A DNA stretch of 28,782 nt. Origin: Chloroflexota bacterium. Lineage in GTDB: Bacteria > Chloroflexota > Limnocylindria > P2-11E. The stretch lies in contig JBDTMY010000055.1 in assembly GCA_039934015.1 (NCBI GenBank), positions 1 through 28,782 of the forward strand, read 5' to 3'. The notes beneath the pieces are model-generated. The model had not been told where the DNA came from. It worked only from the letters and a program-made list of their open reading frames with translations, and searched no databases. Positions 26,900-28,782 of the stretch are shown here, piece by piece (position 1 is the stretch's first letter; every line of letters starts with the position of its first letter). The position numbers and the translations under genes were made by a program.

Positions 26900-27475
26900 C
26901 TAACTCTTCTGCGGCGTCCGCACGGCGGCGATGCCGCGCTCGCGAGCGAGGTCGTACAGGCGCTTCTGAAGGAACTTCCGGCCTCGGTGGAGCCGCGACA
27001 TCACGGTCCCGATCGGGATGCCGAGCATCTCGGCGATCTCCTTATAGGAGAAGCCCTCGACATCGAGGAGGACGGTGGTGCGGAACTTCTCCGGAAGCTC
27101 TTCGAGCGCATCTGTCACTTCGGTATCGACCACGCTCTTGAGCAGCTCCGCCTCCGGATCGGGCGAAGAAGAAGCAGCACGGTCGCCGGCCATCCGGCGG
27201 TACAGGGAGAACTCGTCGACGCCATCGAGGTCCGTTACCTCCGGCTGCGCCGCCTTGCGCCGGTACATGTTGATGAACGTGTTGGTGAGGATCCGGAAGA
27301 GCCAGGCCTTCATGTTCGTGCCGAGCGTGAACTGTTCGCGGAATCGGAACGCCCGGATGTAGGTCTCCTGCACGAGGTCCTCCGCATCGGCCTCCGACCG
27401 CGTCATGCGCAGCGCGGTCCGGTAGAGCGCATCCAGATGGCGGAGCGCCTCGGCTTCGAACTCGTCGCCTGCCAC
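26900..27475 (-). CDS. sigR: ECF sigma factor, SigR/SigH-like
   Basis: [63 protein letters not shown]; GTG 27475. Confidence 0.9.
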   Translation of the reverse strand: MAGDEFEAEALRHLDALYRTALRMTRSEADAEDLVQETYIRAFRFREQFTLGTNMKAWLFRILTNTFINMYRRKAAQPEVTDLDGVDEFSLYRRMAGDRAASSSPDPEAELLKSVVDTEVTDALEELPEKFRTTVLLDVEGFSYKEIAEMLGIPIGTVMSRLHRGRKFLQKRLYDLARERGIAAVRTPQKS

Positions 27476-27481
27476 CTGCCC

Positions 27482-27517
27482 ACTGTATCGAACGTATCCG
27501 CACACGGGCCGCATTCC
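27482..27517 (-). promoter_or_regulatory. Nested sigR promoters (SigR/SigH-type and housekeeping leaderless)
   Basis: GGAAT (27517-27513)-N19-GTT (27493-27491); TACAGT (27487-27482)-N6-GTG. Confidence 0.7.
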
Positions 27518-27553
27518 CAGCCGTCCCCCGTTCATACCCGGTAGGCTCGGACC

Positions 27554-27994
27554 ATGAGCACCGCCGCGATCAGCGCCGAACAGGTAAGGGCCTTCCTCAC
27601 GTCGTACGCGGCCGCTTTCCAGCGATCGGACAAGGATGGCGTCGCGGACTGTTACAGCTACCCGGCGCACGTCCTGACGTACAACGGCGGTGTTCGCCTT
27701 CTGCCGGTCGCCTCGCGTGAGGCGTGGACGGTCGTCATCGAGCGCATCCTCCAGATGTACGGCGCGATGGGTGTTCGCACCGCCGCGATGCGCGAGCTCC
27801 GCGTCACCGACGTGTCACCGCAGGTGGCGCAGGCACATGTGGTGTGGTCGCTTCAAAGCGACGGCGATCGGCCGCTCTACGATTTCGCGGCGACCTACAC
27901 GCTGGCGCTCATCGACGGTGCGCTGAAGATCGTTCAGGTCGTCAGCGAGAACGAGCAGCCGAAGTTCCAAGGAGTGATGCGCGGGCGCGGGTGA
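27554..27994 (+). CDS. NTF2/SnoaL-like protein
   Basis: [13 protein letters not shown]...[24 protein letters not shown]; TAGGCT-N6-ATG leaderless arrangement. Confidence 0.75.
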   Translation: MSTAAISAEQVRAFLTSYAAAFQRSDKDGVADCYSYPAHVLTYNGGVRLLPVASREAWTVVIERILQMYGAMGVRTAAMRELRVTDVSPQVAQAHVVWSLQSDGDRPLYDFAATYTLALIDGALKIVQVVSENEQPKFQGVMRGRG

Positions 27995-28659
27995 GCGTGC
28001 GGCAACGGCTTCGCACCATCGCACTTCGTCTGCGGAAGGTCTACGGCCCCCCACCGGCGCCACGCCGCATACCGCCGCTCGACGAGCTCATCCTGACCGT
28101 GCTGTCGCAGCACACCAGCGACACCAACCGCGACCGCGCGTACGCCGACCTGCGCTCGCGCTTTCTGACGTGGGACGACGTCGCGGCTGCCCCGCTGCCG
28201 GCCATCGCGCGCGCGATCCACCGCGGCGGCCTCGGCCCGACGAAAGCGGTCCGCATCCGCGGGATCCTCCGCGGGCTGCGCGACCGCGGCATCGCGCTCG
28301 ACGAGCACGCGCTTTCGAGCATGCGTTCGAAGGCGCTTTGGGATCTGCTCGTGTCGCTGACCGGCGTGGGTCCGAAGACCGCCGCGTGCGTCCTCCTCTT
28401 TTCGCTCGGTCGCCCGTACTTCCCGGTCGACACCCACGTGCACCGCGTGAGTCGCCGGCTCGGACTCGTCGACGAGCGCGCCGATGCGGTCGTCGCGCAG
28501 GAGGTGCTTCAAGAGGCCGTGCCGCCGACCGAGATGTACGCGCTGCACATGCATCTCATCCGCCACGGTCGCGAGGTGTGCATCGCGCGCGGACCGCACT
28601 GCTCGCAGTGCGTGCTTTCGACGCTGTGCCCGCGTATCGGCGTCGTCGACCCTCGGTGA
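27991..28659 (+). CDS. nth: Endonuclease III-like HhH-GPD glycosylase, second paralog
   Basis: LILTVLSQHTSD, LTGVGPKTAACVLLF, PVDTHVHR, C-x6-C-x2-C-x5-C; GTGA overlap. Confidence 0.9.
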   Translation: MSVRQRLRTIALRLRKVYGPPPAPRRIPPLDELILTVLSQHTSDTNRDRAYADLRSRFLTWDDVAAAPLPAIARAIHRGGLGPTKAVRIRGILRGLRDRGIALDEHALSSMRSKALWDLLVSLTGVGPKTAACVLLFSLGRPYFPVDTHVHRVSRRLGLVDERADAVVAQEVLQEAVPPTEMYALHMHLIRHGREVCIARGPHCSQCVLSTLCPRIGVVDPR

Positions 28660-28675
28660 GCCTAGGATTCCAACG

Positions 28676-28782
28676 ATGAAGTTCTTCGAGAACCTCAGGC
28701 GCCTGCTCGACCGACCGCCCCCGGCATCCGCGCCAGCGCCGTCTCCGCCAGAACCGGCGTTGCCTCCAGAGCCGGCGCCGCA
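28676..28782 (+). CDS. 5' end of a Pro-rich protein truncated by the window edge (MKFFENLRRLLDRPPPASAPAP...)
   Basis: ATG 28676 with TAGGAT 7 nt upstream; open to the window end. Confidence 0.55.
   Translation, partial: MKFFENLRRLLDRPPPASAPAPSPPEPALPPEPAP

Noticed and set aside
27476-27670. N-terminally extended sigma isoform from upstream in-frame ATGs (27514, 27535), like Streptomyces SigR'
   Set aside because: These ATGs lie at or upstream of the predicted promoters and lack an SD; no further upstream promoter was seen

Overview
High-GC bacterial chromosomal window. It is most likely from a monoderm Chloroflexota-like lineage; this is inference from a Tad locus with no secretin, lipoprotein substrate-binding proteins and frequent leaderless genes. 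It carries: an RDD gene; a Flp/Tad pilus locus (flp, cpaA, REC-cpaE, cpaF, tadB, tadC) continuing through overlapping genes into DUF192, comF, a GT-C-like membrane protein, a CofC/NTP-transferase-like hypothetical and a PHP hydrolase; prs; secA; two tandem, strongly divergent lgt paralogs; prfB with its +1 frameshift; a YtxH gene; cca; a liv ABC operon; a TolB-like lipoprotein; and two endonuclease III paralogs bracketing a SigR/SigH-type ECF sigma and ZAS anti-sigma pair. No rRNA, tRNA, CRISPR array or mobile element was seen. Three things stand out. (1) An unannotated 17-aa lysine-rich peptide gene (MPAKKKAAKKSKKAKKK) with a perfect SD, its own TTGACA promoter with a 19-bp spacer and dyad, and two terminators. 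(2) A 65-aa 8-Cys mini-protein with two CxxxCxxC motifs just upstream of prfB. (3) Four genes whose homology or initiation signals point to non-canonical start codons (GTC, CTG, ATA, ATC), plus a tetrapeptide uORF abutting cpaF. All family calls come from motifs read by eye; no database search was run.
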